64,000 nt of DNA, taken from assembly GCA_951406725.2 (NCBI GenBank), contig OX597821.1, forward strand, positions 7,316,001-7,380,000, read 5' to 3'. The position numbers and the translations under genes were made by a program. Below the pieces are notes generated by a model. The model did no database searches and was not told the DNA's origin. It saw nothing but the letters and a program-made list of their open reading frames with translations. The DNA comes from Octopus vulgaris (taxonomy: Eukaryota). Numbering within the stretch: position 1 is the stretch's first letter; each line of letters begins with the position of its first letter. Positions 26,634 through 40,092 of the stretch are shown here, one piece after another.

Positions 26634-26821
26634 GTCCCATTTTTCTCAAGCATTAAACTAATAAACCTGCTTGTTGTTCCTACACCTGTCTTTGTCTTTT
26701 GTTTTCTGTAAATTTGAACTATATATGTGTGTGTGTGTGTGTGTGTGTATATAAGAATTTTTTGCGTAATGAGATAAACAAACCAAGGCTGTGTTGATAT
26801 TAGAAGATTTTTAGATAGAAG

Positions 26822-26869
26822 GTCTTACAGCTGTTTCCAGGCTATTTATTATATCCCTTCATCGGAGAC
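26822..26869 (-). ncRNA. Type I minimal hammerhead motif (U4->C variant) in an element at ~26770-26975
   Basis: Minus strand: gtct-CCGATGA-agggatataataaatagcctg-GAAA-cagctg-TA-agac. Confidence 0.65.
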
Positions 26870-26976
26870 GGTGAGAGAGGATGGTTAAGTAATAGTTAAT
26901 TTAGATAGGATACAAAATAGAGAGTGAGGTGGTGGAAAGAAAATAGATGTAAGATATGTAGGGATATTGTGTGTAA

Positions 26977-27010
<34 letters not shown>

Positions 27011-30000
27011 ATACAGGCTTTTACTTTTAAGGCTTTGTTCATCATGGGTAGAAGACATTGGCCAAGGTGCCATATATTGGTCCTATGGAGCGGTTGTGCA
27101 AACCTGGCTTGAAGACATACCACTGAATATTTTCATTTGATGCACTGGTTTAGGCGAATGCTACCTAATTAGCTGTAGCACCAAATGCCTTAATCATGTG
27201 AAAATCTTGTGCTGAGTTGCCAGCTCTGTTTAATAAATCCAGACTAATGAAACTTATAATTGCCCATCTCATTTAACAGATCAAACAAAACAATATAGTA
27301 TATGCAACACAGCCAGATTGCCAAACAGTACCTCCCACTCATTAAAGGGTTTAGCTGTGGATTTCAAACCTAGAAACAGATGTCTTTGCATTCAGTTGGC
27401 TGACTCTTTGATTTCAGTTTACTTAAGCAGAACTAAGTTTGATTAATTGATAATATTATAACACCTTCTGTGACTGGTTCTATTATAATTTTGCTTGAGT
27501 AGTCTTAGAATTGCATTTGTTATATTAATATATGATAGATAAATAAATAAGTAGAATTGGGGAAAGCAAGTGGTAGTTTGTGTCAGGGAATCTCATTTAG
27601 CAAAGTTTGTGAAGCAGAAGAGAAAGAAAAGAGAGAATCTCTTGAAGCCAAGCCAAGTCTTTTATCTTTTCTTAGTATTTTTCACCTGTTTCAGTCAGTG
27701 ATCTACAGCCATGCTGGAGCAACACCTCGATGGATTTTTTTAGTCAAACAAATTGTCCATAGTTCTTATTTCTGCTTTTAAGGTTGGGACTTATTCTGTT
27801 GGTCCTTGTTGTTGAAATGCTAGGTTATGAGGATGTAAACAAACCAACACTGGCTATCAAGCACTAGTGCTAGGGGGACAAACACACACACACACACAAC
27901 AGACTTCCACTTAGTTTCTGTCTACCAAATTCATTTACAAGGCACTGGCTGACCTGAGGCTGTAGTAGAAGACACTTGCCCAAGGTGCTGTGAAGTTGGA
28001 TTGAACCCAACCCCACATGGTTGCAAAGCAAGCTTCTTAACCACATGCCTATTTTTAAGAGAGAAATGTTTTTAAATAGTTTAAGGAGTAATGTAGACTA
28101 ACCCTTATATATATATATATATATATGTATGACACTGCCGGATTGAATGGTACTGCTCAGGTATTGAAACCATAATGATGCCTGTGGGGCAGCTGATGAT
28201 GGAGGTATGTTGGATTGTTGGTATGGGTGTTTTTGCATATGTGGAATAGTATTATAACACATCCTTTATGTATATATATATATATAATGTATGTATGTAT
28301 GATGGTGGGGGAGGTTAGTCCACATTACTCTGTAAGGAGCATAGGGCTGGTTTCCCAGGCTTGCACATCCTTCCCTGGGTGGGACACCAGTCCATCGTAG
28401 GATTATTTACTTTTACCAGCTGAGTGGGCTGGAGCAGTGTGAAATGAGGTGTTTTGCTCAAGAACACACAGCTTTGCCTGATCCAGAAATTGAAACCACA
28501 ACCTTATGAGTCCACTAAGCCACATGCCTCCACATATTATAAGTGAATGAGTGTGTGAGAGGGAGAGAGAGAAAGAGAGAGGGGGAAGGTGCAGGTATGG
28601 TTGTGTGGTTAAGAAGTTCAGTTCCCAACGACATGATTTCGAGTTCAGTCACATTGCATGGCATCTTAGTCATATGTCTTCTCCTACAGCCCTCAGCCAA
28701 CCAAAACCTTGTGGGTGAGGTTTGGCAACAGGAAGGGCATCTGGTCATAGAAAATCTGCTTCAATAAATTCCATACAGTCTATGCAAGCATAAGAAAGTG
28801 GATGTTAAAAACAATGATGAAGAATTACTCAAATGCATCTACTGCGCTGTCGTATGACTGTTTTGGCTGCAGTCCCTTCTGTTCTCGGCCAAAAACCAAA
28901 ACACTCGCTTTTCTTCAGTTATTATTAAATTGTAATTTATTTATAGAGACGTAGTCATTTCCACTTCATTGCTTTGTTCTTTGTTCCTTTCTTCAAATCA
29001 TTTTAGCTCTTAAAATATTTCTATTAATAGTTTTTTTGTGAAATTCTTTTTTTTTCTTTTTTTTTCTTTTTCTGTTATTTGTTAATCATATAAACATTTA
29101 AACCTGCCATATCTGACCTAAATATTCTACCTGGTTTGACATTCAGACTATCCATGTGTAGCCTCTTTCAGTTATCGTGCAGTGTCATTCTAATAATAAA
29201 CAATTACCTCATTGAAATCTCAAACACATGTTAACCCTACAACATTTAAACTAGACATATTCAGCCCAAATATTCTACCTGTTTTCATATTCATCCTCTC
29301 ACAGTTACCCTTCAATGTCATGCTGAAGATAAGCAATCACCTTGTTGAAACCTCAAAGCTATAAGTTAATGCATGAAACAATATGAATAAATAAATATTA
29401 CAAAGTAATCTGAATGCTAATGGGTCAAACATCCACCCTCATTTGTCACGGGCTGTTGGTTCCGGAAGATCCCCCTCCCCCCAGTAATAAATGAATCATG
29501 ACCATGCACTTGGGTGTCAGTGAATCTACCATTCATTCCATTTACAAATTAGAGGCCCATGGTAGCAATGCTTCCACCATATTTCCTTGCTCAGCTTCAC
29601 CGTTTTCTGTTTAGAATATGTCGCTCTCTCTCATTGGTTAGAAGCATGTTTCTTTGTATTTTTTTTTTCTGTTCACTGGTGCCATGCTGAAGGATACATG
29701 GACATAAATCCATATCAAAGAATATGCAGCACTTGGTGCATGGTCATGTGACCACAAACTATAATCAGTGCATTCTGAATAGTATAGAAAATGGTCCAGC
29801 TGAGCAGGGAAATACAGTGGAAGCTTTGCTACCATGGACCTCAAACATTTTGTGGGTGCATTGATGAGACCTGTTTTTGTAAACCAAGCAGAGTCTACAA
29901 TTGATTGCTCACCTGTGCCATCACAGATCAATCTGTCATAAGCATAACATGATTCCAGGATCAGTGACGAATGAAACAGTCCTGAACAAGGCTAGATGTA

Positions 30001-30601
30001 TTTTTAAAAATTCAAGGCCAATGTTGGGGTGATGCTGCAAACCCTCCAGTCATTAATTCTTGTTAGTTTTCTCTCGCTAATTAGTTTTGAGTAAATTACA
30101 GCTAAATCTCAAATCCTCCAAAAGCTGGTGACAGTGTATGTTGGCAACATGTAGTTCACGTTTAGTCCACTTCTTAGCCCCCTGTGGACAATAAAGAAAT
30201 AAACATTTAGTCCACAGGTGGTGTTCATAAGGGTCTGTGGACTGAAAAATTTTATGTTGTGGGTAATTGTCCATCATCTGAAAGTGAGGAAAAAAAGGAA
30301 TAAAAGTGATGTTGTTTACTTGTTCAAAGCCCATGCAACGACTCTGCTTACTCTTCGATTCTTCACTGAGAACATTGGCAGGCAAAAAAAAAAAAAAAAA
30401 AATTGAGTGCTTTCAAATAAAATGGCCTTGTGTGTTGTTTGTTCCACCCACATTACTCATAAAAATCCATACCTCCCTCGCAATCAAATATGCAGTGAAC
30501 CAGTGATGATTGACCTGTAAGGAAACTGTAACTGACAGTGCTGTTTACCAAGTGGAAAATTGATTTTATATATATATATATACACACACATACATACATA
30601 C

Positions 30602-30653
<52 letters not shown>

Positions 30654-30660
30654 TACATAC

Positions 30661-30698
<38 letters not shown>

Positions 30699-30806
30699 CA
30701 TACATATATATATATATATACATACATACATAAGTGACCGCATGTGTACCATTGGCGATTTTTTTTTTTTCCCTCTGTCTTCCCTTCTCTGGATCTTTCC
30801 TTCTAT

Positions 30807-30841
30807 GTTTCCGACGAAGAGCTCCGCTCAAAACGTTAAAC
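30807..30841 (+). ncRNA. Degenerate minimal hammerhead motif in an element (30733-30932) embedded in (TA)n
   Basis: gttt-CCGACGA-a-gagc tcc gctc-AAAA-cg-TT-aaac; stem I gttt/aaac. Confidence 0.55.
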
Positions 30842-30932
30842 CCTCCTTCTTTCCTGAGCGTCCAATAATACTATATTTGTTCCACGTCCTCGCATTGTTG
30901 TTTCTTTGTGTGCTTTCTTGTTTGGATTAACC

Positions 30933-30937
30933 ATATG

Positions 30938-30968
<31 letters not shown>

Positions 30969-31169
30969 GTATATATATATGTATATATATATGTATATAT
31001 ATATGTATATATATGTATATATATATGTATATATATGTATATATATATGTATATATATGTATATATATATGTATATATATGTATATATATGTATATATAT
31101 GTGTATATATATGTATATATATGTATATATATGTATATATATGTGTATATATATATGTATATATATATG

Positions 31170-31200
<31 letters not shown>

Positions 31201-31675
31201 GTATGTATATATATGTGTGTATATATGTGTGTATATATGTGTGTGTGTATATATGTGTGTGTATATATGTGTGTATATATATGTGTGTATATATGTGTGT
31301 ATATATGTGTGTATATATGTGTGTATATATGTGTGTATATATGTGTGTATATATGTGTGTATATATGTGTGTATATATATGTGTATATATATGTGTATAT
31401 ATGTGTATATATATGTGTATATATATGTGTATATATGTGTATATATGTGTGTATATATGTGTATATATATGTGTATATGTATATATGTGTGTGTATATAT
31501 GTGTATATATATGTGTATATGTATATATGTGTATGTATATATGTGTATGTATATATGTATGTGTATGTATATATATGTATGTGTGTGTATATATGTATGT
31601 GTGTGTATATATGTATGTGTGTATATATATGTATGTGTGTATATATATGTATGTGTGTATATATATGTATGTGTG

Positions 31676-31706
<31 letters not shown>

Positions 31707-32003
31707 GTATATATATGTATGTATGTATGTGTATGTATGTATATGTATGTATGTATATATATGTATGTATGTATATGTATGTGTGTGTATGTGTGTATAT
31801 ATATATGTGTGTATATGTATATATATATATAGGTGTATATATATATGTATATATATATATAGGTGTATATATATATATATATAGGTGTATATATATAGGT
31901 ATATATATATGTATATATATGTATGTATATATATATAGGTATATATATATGTATGTATATATAGGTGTATATATATATAGGTATATATATGTATGTATAA
32001 TAT
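30933..32003. repeat. ~1.07-kb compound (TA)/(TG) microsatellite
   Basis: Seen directly; source of the 300-385 aa artefact ORFs. Confidence 0.97.
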
Positions 32004-32738
32004 ACAGTGGTTTCAAATTAAGAATCTCGTTAATTTTATTTTCTATTGTTTATCTATTTATATAAACTCTACAGATACTATGGAATTCCTGAAATATATC
32101 CAGCAGCTTACAGAGAGAGAGGGGGTATAAAGGACAGTTATAATTGATTTTATTGTATGGTGTAGGAGTCAATGTTAATATGCTCTGTTTGAGTAAATTA
32201 CTTAGTATTAATTAGCCCACCTAGTCAACAGTTTGATTTTGATGAACATTATTATAGTTGATCAATCCAAACATAATTAGTTACAGATAAATGTATTTTG
32301 TAAACTTTCTTTATGGCTACGTACAAAAAATTACACCCACAGGCACCCAATTATAAAACAATAAAAATAAAAAATTTAAACAGACAATTTTTTTAATAAC
32401 ATTTTGGAATTCTTAATCAACAAAACTTTTTAATTATGAATTTGTCTATGCTGTAGGACGAGTAAAATAGTTCATTATTTCCTCCCCCACTTTCTCTTTT
32501 TTATTTTTCAAAGTTCTATAAATTTGAACACAATTTAGATCATCTCTGCTTGTCTGTCTATAAAAAAAAAGAACTTAATTTTGGGAGCTAAGTATAAACT
32601 ATATAGGAGATCTCTGGTGGTCCTGTATTATTGACTTGTTTCTATTGTTAATTATGCAAATTATATCAACCAACAATTATTTGTTAATTTTTTTTTTCTT
32701 TAGGTGTGAAAATGATTTGCAGGTTTGGTTAGGCTCTG

Positions 32739-32778
32739 CTGTGCTGATGAGGTTTAAGAGATAGAAACATGTCCTTAG
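32739..32778 (+). ncRNA. Type I hammerhead motif; duplicated and more degenerate at 33471-33506
   Basis: ctgtg-CTGATGA-ggtttaagagata-GAAA-catg-TC-cttag; palindromic ACAUGU stem III and GUC triplet; stems I and II imperfect. Confidence 0.55.
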
Positions 32779-32866
32779 TTGTCCTTTGATTCCAAACAAA
32801 GATCCACCTGATCTTTCTCTAAGCTCGTAAATTAACTTGAGAAATTAGTGTAACTTTTATCCTTTA

Positions 32867-33246
32867 CAGTTCTATATTTAAGAGATGAGGAATTGTGTAC
32901 GTTATCTATATCATTTACATTTGACAGATATTTGTCCTCATCTTGTTTGTTGTTAACACAACGTTTCGGTTGATATACCCTCCAGCTTTCATCAGGTGTC
33001 TTGGGGAAATTTTGAACCTGGGTTCTCATTCCTAAGGCATTTTTCGATATTATTATTCTTCAGGTCACTGCTTGGAATCAAACTCGGAATCTTGGAGTTT
33101 GTAGCCCGCACTGTTAACCACTATGCCATGGATATATGGCATAGTGATTAGGAGTGCAGGCTACAAACCCCAAGATCCTGAGTTCGATTCCAAGCAGTGA
33201 CCTGAAGAATAATAATAATATCGAAAAATACCTTAGGAATGAGAAC
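32867..33246. mobile_element. tRNA-headed, hammerhead-bearing SINE-like element in a head-to-head inverted arrangement
   Basis: A-box tggcatagtgg, B-box gagttcgattcc (33180-33191); HHR on the minus strand at 32956-32999; same family at 43720-44072. Confidence 0.8.
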
Positions 33247-35839
33247 AGACATTTAAACAATGATGAGACACACACACACATATGATAGGTGTCTTTCAGT
33301 TTGTTTCTGACAAATTCACTCACAAAACTTTGATTGACCAGAGGCTATAGTAGAAGACACTTGCCAAGGTGCCACGCAGTGGGACTGAACTCAGAACCAT
33401 GTGGTTGGGAAACAAACTTCTTATTACACAGTAATGTGTAAAAACGATTTGCAAGTATGGTTAGGCTGTGCTATGCTAATGAGGTTTAATAGATAGAAAC
33501 ATGCTCTTGCTTGCAAACAAAAATCCAGAATTTTGTATTTTTAAAACTTATCTCCCCCTTTCATTAAGAGTTTCTTACAGTACCCACTAGGTTTATATTT
33601 GCTTTGTGTTTCCAACTTGGAGGGAAAATTTGAATTAAGAATTTCATTCAACTTTTTTTTTTTTTTTATCATCATATAGCCTTCAAATCATCATATTTTA
33701 AATAAAATATATGTAACTGACATCATATATTTGCAGCTTAGCAGTAAAGTTGTGAAAGCCAGCACTTCCCTATCAAAGAATTAAATTTTTTTTTTTTTAC
33801 CCATAAAAATAATCAATTCTGCTCATGTTTTTCACAAAAGTAAAGACACATTCATCTTCAACGTGTAATCAATATGAACAATTTCCTGTAAGATTAAGAT
33901 GCCTGCCATTTGAAACTAGAGTTCTGCACTTAGTGAGGTAGAAAAACTGATGTTTTTTTCTTTTGTTTTGGTTTTTGTCTTTTCTCACAGATCATTCTGC
34001 TGCCACCATAAAATATATTTTTAGATTTGCAGTTATAAAATCCAATTCTGTATCTTTTTCTCGTCTTGTTTCATCGATTCCTTTTCTCATTCTCTTTCTT
34101 CTTTTTTTGTAGATTTCATTTAAAATGGGGATATCATGGAGATGGGGGATCAATTAAGTTGCAAGTTTAAAAAAAAAAAGATAAATAAATCCACTGTGTG
34201 ACACTTTTGACAAGTTGTTTTCTTACTGAGCTGATTCGGAAGATGGAAACTGAAAGAAGCCCATCATATATACATGTACATACATAGCTGTGTGCATGTC
34301 TTTGTGTTTATCGCCATCCACTCTTGACAACAGTCGTGGTTTGTTTTGTCCTTATGACTTAGTGGTTTGGCAAAAGATACCAATAGAATAAGTACCGGAC
34401 TTTAAAAGAAAAAGTTAGTACTGGGCTAAATTCATTTGACTAACAAACCTTCCAGGTGCTGCCCCAGCATGGCTGCAGTTGAGTAATTGAAACAAAGTTG
34501 GAGGAAAATTGTGGAGCTATCTTTGGCAACATTCATCTTTTGGTGAAAGTTTTCTAAAATATGGTTTCTGATTTAAGTTGTCTGTTTAGTCTTGGTTCTG
34601 CAGATCATATATAATCAAAGGCTTTCCAGCTACGGTCATTTCAACTTGGTGCGTATTCAGAACTGCACTGCTCATTGCAGCCATCCATCCTTCTGTTAAG
34701 AAGGCATGGTGTGGTTTCAAGGAATCTGGACCATGGTTTCAGTTGCCAGACAGAGCAGTGTCTTGTGTTCTTCATTTCACGTTGGTTCTCTTTACTCAAC
34801 AGTAAATAAGTCGCAGTGTGACAAACTGGTTTCCTATCCAGGGGACACAGTGTGACCTCAGTCACTTCAATGCCTTGGAAACCACATGACCAACCCTGCA
34901 AGTCCTACAGCTTGACTCAGTACAGTACATCAGATATCTGCAACAGAAGCAGTAAATTGTGTGAAGGTCCACATAGTCGGTAACCTGTGTTATCAGGTTA
35001 TGGGGTTTGTGAATTTAGTGATGGTAGTGATGTTGTATGGGATGAGACAAACCGTTCTGACTTGAAAGGAATACAGAATTGGTCGAAGTATCTGATATTG
35101 GCTTAATATAGAATATCAATATTTTGATTTTAGTTTCAATATTGTAAGCAGTTATTCTAATTATATCTTGGCTGAATTATAGCTAAAATTATAATTATGG
35201 TGAAAATTTTAAAAGAAATTTTTTGTGTGTGTGTTTTTTATTCATGTCTGGTGGACAGTAATATTTGTTGGCTTCAGTTTTTCCAAGGGGTCTGTCACTA
35301 CTTGGCTGTGTTTCTGATGATGCAGGTGACAATGGAGCATCTGCAACTTACTGGACCTGAAGTGCAGTAGTGGTTATGTGGTTAAGAAGCTTGCTTCCTG
35401 ACCATGTGGTCTTGGGTTCAGTCCCACTCTATTACACCTTGGGCAACTGTCTTCGACTTATAGCCCCTGGGCCAATCAAGAGCCTCATTAGTGGATTTAG
35501 TAGAAAGAAACTGGGTGAAAGCCAGTTGTGTGTGTATCATCATCATCATCATCATCATCCGTTTTCCATGCTAGCATGGGTTGGACAGTTCGACTGAGGT
35601 CTGGGAAGCCAGGAGGCTGCACCAGGCTCCAGTCTGATCTGGCAATGTTTCTACAGCTGGATGCCTTTCCTAACGCCAACCACTCCGAGAGTAGTGTAGT
35701 GGGTGCTTTTTACATGCCACCAGCACAAGAACCAGTCAGGCGGACCTGGCAGTGATCATGTTCAGATAGTGCTTTTTACGTGCAACCAGCACGGGAGTCA
35801 GTCAGGGGACACCGGCATCGGCCACATTTGGGGGGGTTC

Positions 35840-35870
<31 letters not shown>

Positions 35871-36087
35871 GGTGAGTCAAAAGTAGTGCCCAGTTTCTGG
35901 GAAGTCATGTTTTTGTTGTTTTGCAGATTATTACTGACAGTTTTGAAAGTTACTAGCTCTGGATCATGCATCTTATTGCTGATAATCTTTGATATTCTAA
36001 CCTGTAAAACAAGAATTAAGAGTCAAAAGTGTCTCCCAATTGGGAGGCCACACATATCAACCATAAAACTACTTTTGACTCACTCTG
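35871..36087. mobile_element. Tc1/mariner-type MITE
   Basis: 16-bp perfect inverted repeat gtgagtcaaaagtagt/actacttttgactcac, flanked by TA repeats. Confidence 0.75.
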
Positions 36088-38745
36088 TATATATTTAAAA
36101 TTTTCCATCTGGTCCATGCAAACATGGAACAATGGACATTGAGCTTTGATGATAAATCATACATCCCCCACTCCCTCACACACATACACTCGCATTCTTT
36201 TATTTTTATATCCACACCTTTCCATGCCATTTTGGGAACTACTCTCTGTTGGATCCATATCTTGTGGTTCTGTATTTCAGTTACATTTGTTGATTTGTCT
36301 TTTTGGCACTATTTTCTCTTTCAATTGGCCATTCTTGACAATAACCAAAAGGATTTCTCTTGACATATCTCTTGTCACTTTTCATTAGAATTATATAGTT
36401 TAATGCTTTAACAATTAGCTCTTTAAATTCTCTGATGAATCCTTTTCCTACTTGGATAGAGTCTACTCTTGGAGGAGTTTGTTTTCCATTTTCTTTCTCT
36501 GTTTTTTTTCTTTTTTCTCTTATTTTTCTATGCCTTTTCTCTTCATTTCCTTTCTGAATGAAGTAAAATGCAAAAGAAAAAAAATAATCAAAAACAAAAC
36601 CACAAATAAACATGAAGAGTGAACTCCATGTTGGATTTTAGCCAATACTAAAAGGATTTGTCAAAGAATTTAAAGACTTATTCTTAACAATTTCAAGTTA
36701 ATAAATCCATTAAATGACAAGCTGTTCAACTGAAATTGTTTACAGTCAGTTCTTTTTCATTTTTTTTTTTTTGTTGTCTTGTCCCTTGTTCCCCCCTTTT
36801 CTCTCTCTCTCCTTCTCTCACCCTTATGCAATGCAACCTCATTTTTGTTTTTGTTTTTGCTGTTTTCCTTTATAATCTTTCCAAAAATATCTAAACATTT
36901 GAAGAAAAAAAATTGAAAAAAGAAAGCCAAACCCACCCTTTTTGTTTGTCTGCCAACAGGACTTAATCTTTAAGTGTCGTTAAATTGTAGAGGTTAATTA
37001 AGTAGAATATATATGAAATGTAAGAGATTGCAGAACGTATAAATCAGATAATGTTTGTTTGATATCCTATCAATCAAACTGATGACTTAGTAAAGATCAA
37101 TGTACATAGCCATCATCAATAATTGTTGACTGTCAGTCAAAGAAAAACATCTTAAGTAATTAGCATTAATCTAGAATCGCACCTCCATTAATATTGTTGT
37201 GTTATAGTCTGCAGACACAAGTCGAGCTGTTAGGTTATTAAATCAGATGATGAGAGATTGCTCTTTTTGCTATAGCAATTAGATTAAATGCCTTTTGGTA
37301 TTTGTCGCAGCTCTTTGAGTTCAAATCCTGCCAAAGTCTTTCTTGGATGGAAGGCTTAATTCATTCGTTATCAAACTTCTGTGGAAATACACTGGCTTTT
37401 AATTGTTTAATTTGGAAATAATGAAGAACTTAGCAAAATTACTTTGCTGTTGTGAATCTGGTGTTTGGAACTGAAATGAACTTAAAATTATGAGGGTGGG
37501 TGTTTTAATTTAGATCACATTAAGATAGGAAATTTATGTTATAGGACCAAAGGCATTCTTATGTAGGTTGGCATTGAAAAGGTTAATCTGTTGTCTGGTT
37601 TAAAACCACCACATGGCTCAGGTCAAGAAGTTTGCTACCTAACAACATGGTTCAAGGTAACTGTGTGGGACCTTCGATAAGTATCTTCTACCCCGGGCCA
37701 ACCAAAGCTTTGTAAGTGAATTAGTGAATTTGGTAAATGGAAACTGAAAGAAACCCATTGTGTGCATGCGGGTGTGTGTGTGTGTGAATCACAGGCCTGG
37801 GACATATATGCAAATAGTGTGAAATCTATATGCTGGTGTGCTGTGGTATAGCACATATGAAACAGCATTAAATTTTGAATTAAAAGCAGCTCTAACAATA
37901 AGGTAAACATTATAGGTTGTACATACATAGGGCATTTTGTTCGTATGCCAATTTGTTGCCGAATAGTGTCCTGGGAAAGCTCCCAACACAATGGTGAGTA
38001 TTAAAGAACATTGTCCAAGACCAGGCAAGACATTTCACCTTGAAGTGAACAAGAATGATAGTTATCAATATTTTGCTATTATGGTAGCTTGTCGGTACCA
38101 TGTGCTTCAAACACTTTGAAATGAAATGAATCCCTCAACTGCTACTTCATCAACCTTGCAAGGATGAAAGCCAAAGTCAATCTTGGCTGAATTTGAACTC
38201 AGAATGTAAAGCCAGACAAAATGCTGTTGAGCATTTTGCCAAGTATACTAATGGTTCTGCCAGCTTGCCTCTTTAATAATTATAATAATAATAATAATAA
38301 TAAAAATAATAATAACAACAATAATTGTTTCCAATTTAGACACAAGGCTGGCACTTTTGAGAAATGGCCGTTCATGAATTACATTAACCTCCATATTTAA
38401 CTAGCATTTTATTTATTAACCCCAGAAGGTTGAAAAAGCGTAATTGACATCAGAGGGATTTGAAGTCTGAGAGTCAGCACAAATACCACAAGTCATTCTA
38501 TCCAATGCCTTAATGACTTTGTAGCAGTAAATTACCAATAAGTTCAGAGAACTTAGCTGCCATATCCTCCTCCCCTCCTCTTCCACTAATCCGTAGCTTA
38601 TCTCAAGTGCTCTAGATTTCCTCCCAGTTCAGTGGGGATGGTCAACAAATTCACAGAGTGTTTTTGAATGTCCTACTTTGGTATGTATGGGCTGTTTCAT
38701 TAATTACTTCATATTTAGCATTGATAATTCAACAATGTCAGCAGT

Positions 38746-38778
<33 letters not shown>

Positions 38779-38874
38779 AGCTAATGTACTTTAGTTACTC
38801 AACAACTGTGACTGACAGCCAGCCAGGCAGATTGGTTTTTTTGTTTTTTCTTTTACTTTGTTTTCTGATGTAAA

Positions 38875-39150
38875 TGCTGTTGCTGCTGCTCTTACTACTA
38901 CTACTACTACTACTATTACTTCTGCTACTACTGCTGCTGCTACTACTACTGCTGCTGCTACTACTACTGCTGCTGCTACTACTACTACTTCTGCTGCTAC
39001 TACTACTACTACTACTACTTCTGCTGCTACTACTACTACTACTACTTCTGCTGCTACTACTACTACTACTACTACTACTTCTGCTGCTGCTACTACTACT
39101 ACTTCTGCTACTACTACTACTACTTCTACTATACTACTTCTGCTACTACT
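38875..39150. repeat. (CTA)/(CTG) compound trinucleotide repeat
   Basis: Seen directly. Confidence 0.95.
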
Positions 39151-40092
39151 ACATATCAAGATAAACAGCACATGACCTTGCAGGTGGGGCCCAGTTAAAA
39201 TTTTCTTCAGGTCGAGTAGCCCATCCTGCTAAAAAAGTCCCTGAATAAGGATTGTTTAAGAATGTTCAACGAAACACCCGGGTTTCCAAAGGTAAATTGT
39301 CCAAAACCCAAAGAATTCCTCTCAACACATAGCTATGATGTTCCCTCACTACTTCTGCTTATGATCAGAGATGCACATATCATCAGCCACCAAGGGACAT
39401 GCACAACTGGGTAAGGTCAAACAACTGACAAGCAAATCTGTGGTATTGAGCAGAATATTTGCTGTAGCCCATCTTTTATACCAAGACAAAACAATGTACA
39501 TGATAACACTTCCAGTCAGTTAAGATCAGAAGCCATGCGAGTCACTGCCTGATACTACTATTATTATTATCATCATTATTATTATTTATCAGTTCCATTT
39601 GCAGATGAGCAATGTTCTAATAACCTCTGAAAATTACATCAGGCAGGTTCAGTAAATCAGAAGAGTTATGTTGTCAGATGTCAAATTTGGCTTCTGACAC
39701 AACTTCTGGAATATTTCTTCGTTATGCTTCTTACATTTCTAATTGCATAAGAACTGATAAGCAATCATTAAATTATGACCATTACCACCCACCCTCTTCC
39801 ATGTCTTCTCTCTCTTTTCTTTTCTTAGATCTGTTACTTTTATACTAATCTGTGATCTTGACGTTCCTGATAAAAAATTAAAAAATGTCTAATAGAGCCA
39901 AGTTTCATAACAGTGACCTCAGCAGTTGTTTTGGCATGGATGTTTCAACTAAGTACTTAGAAATATTTTAATTATTATATCTTATAAAATAAGGATCAGC
40001 ACCTCGTTATCTTTTACCTGTTTTATCAGGAGTGCTGGTTATTATCATTATTATTTGATCCTTTTGTATTTAAAGCAGCCGTATCTAGCTGT

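Noticed and set aside
30871-32065. Long 308-385 aa ORFs
   Set aside because: Translations of a (TA/TG) microsatellite with no stop codons
33137-33200. Genuine tRNA genes (also 22405-22475, 13170-13245)
   Set aside because: A/B boxes are present but there is no convincing acceptor stem, and each continues into a repeated SINE body
38791-39175. Mucin/antifreeze-like Thr/Ala ORF and poly-Leu ORF
   Set aside because: (CTA/CTG)n microsatellite abutting a dispersed repeat; no signal peptide or splice support
39658-39708. Pre-miRNA-like hairpin
   Set aside because: Stem is too short and bulged with a tiny loop; no known mature sequence recognised
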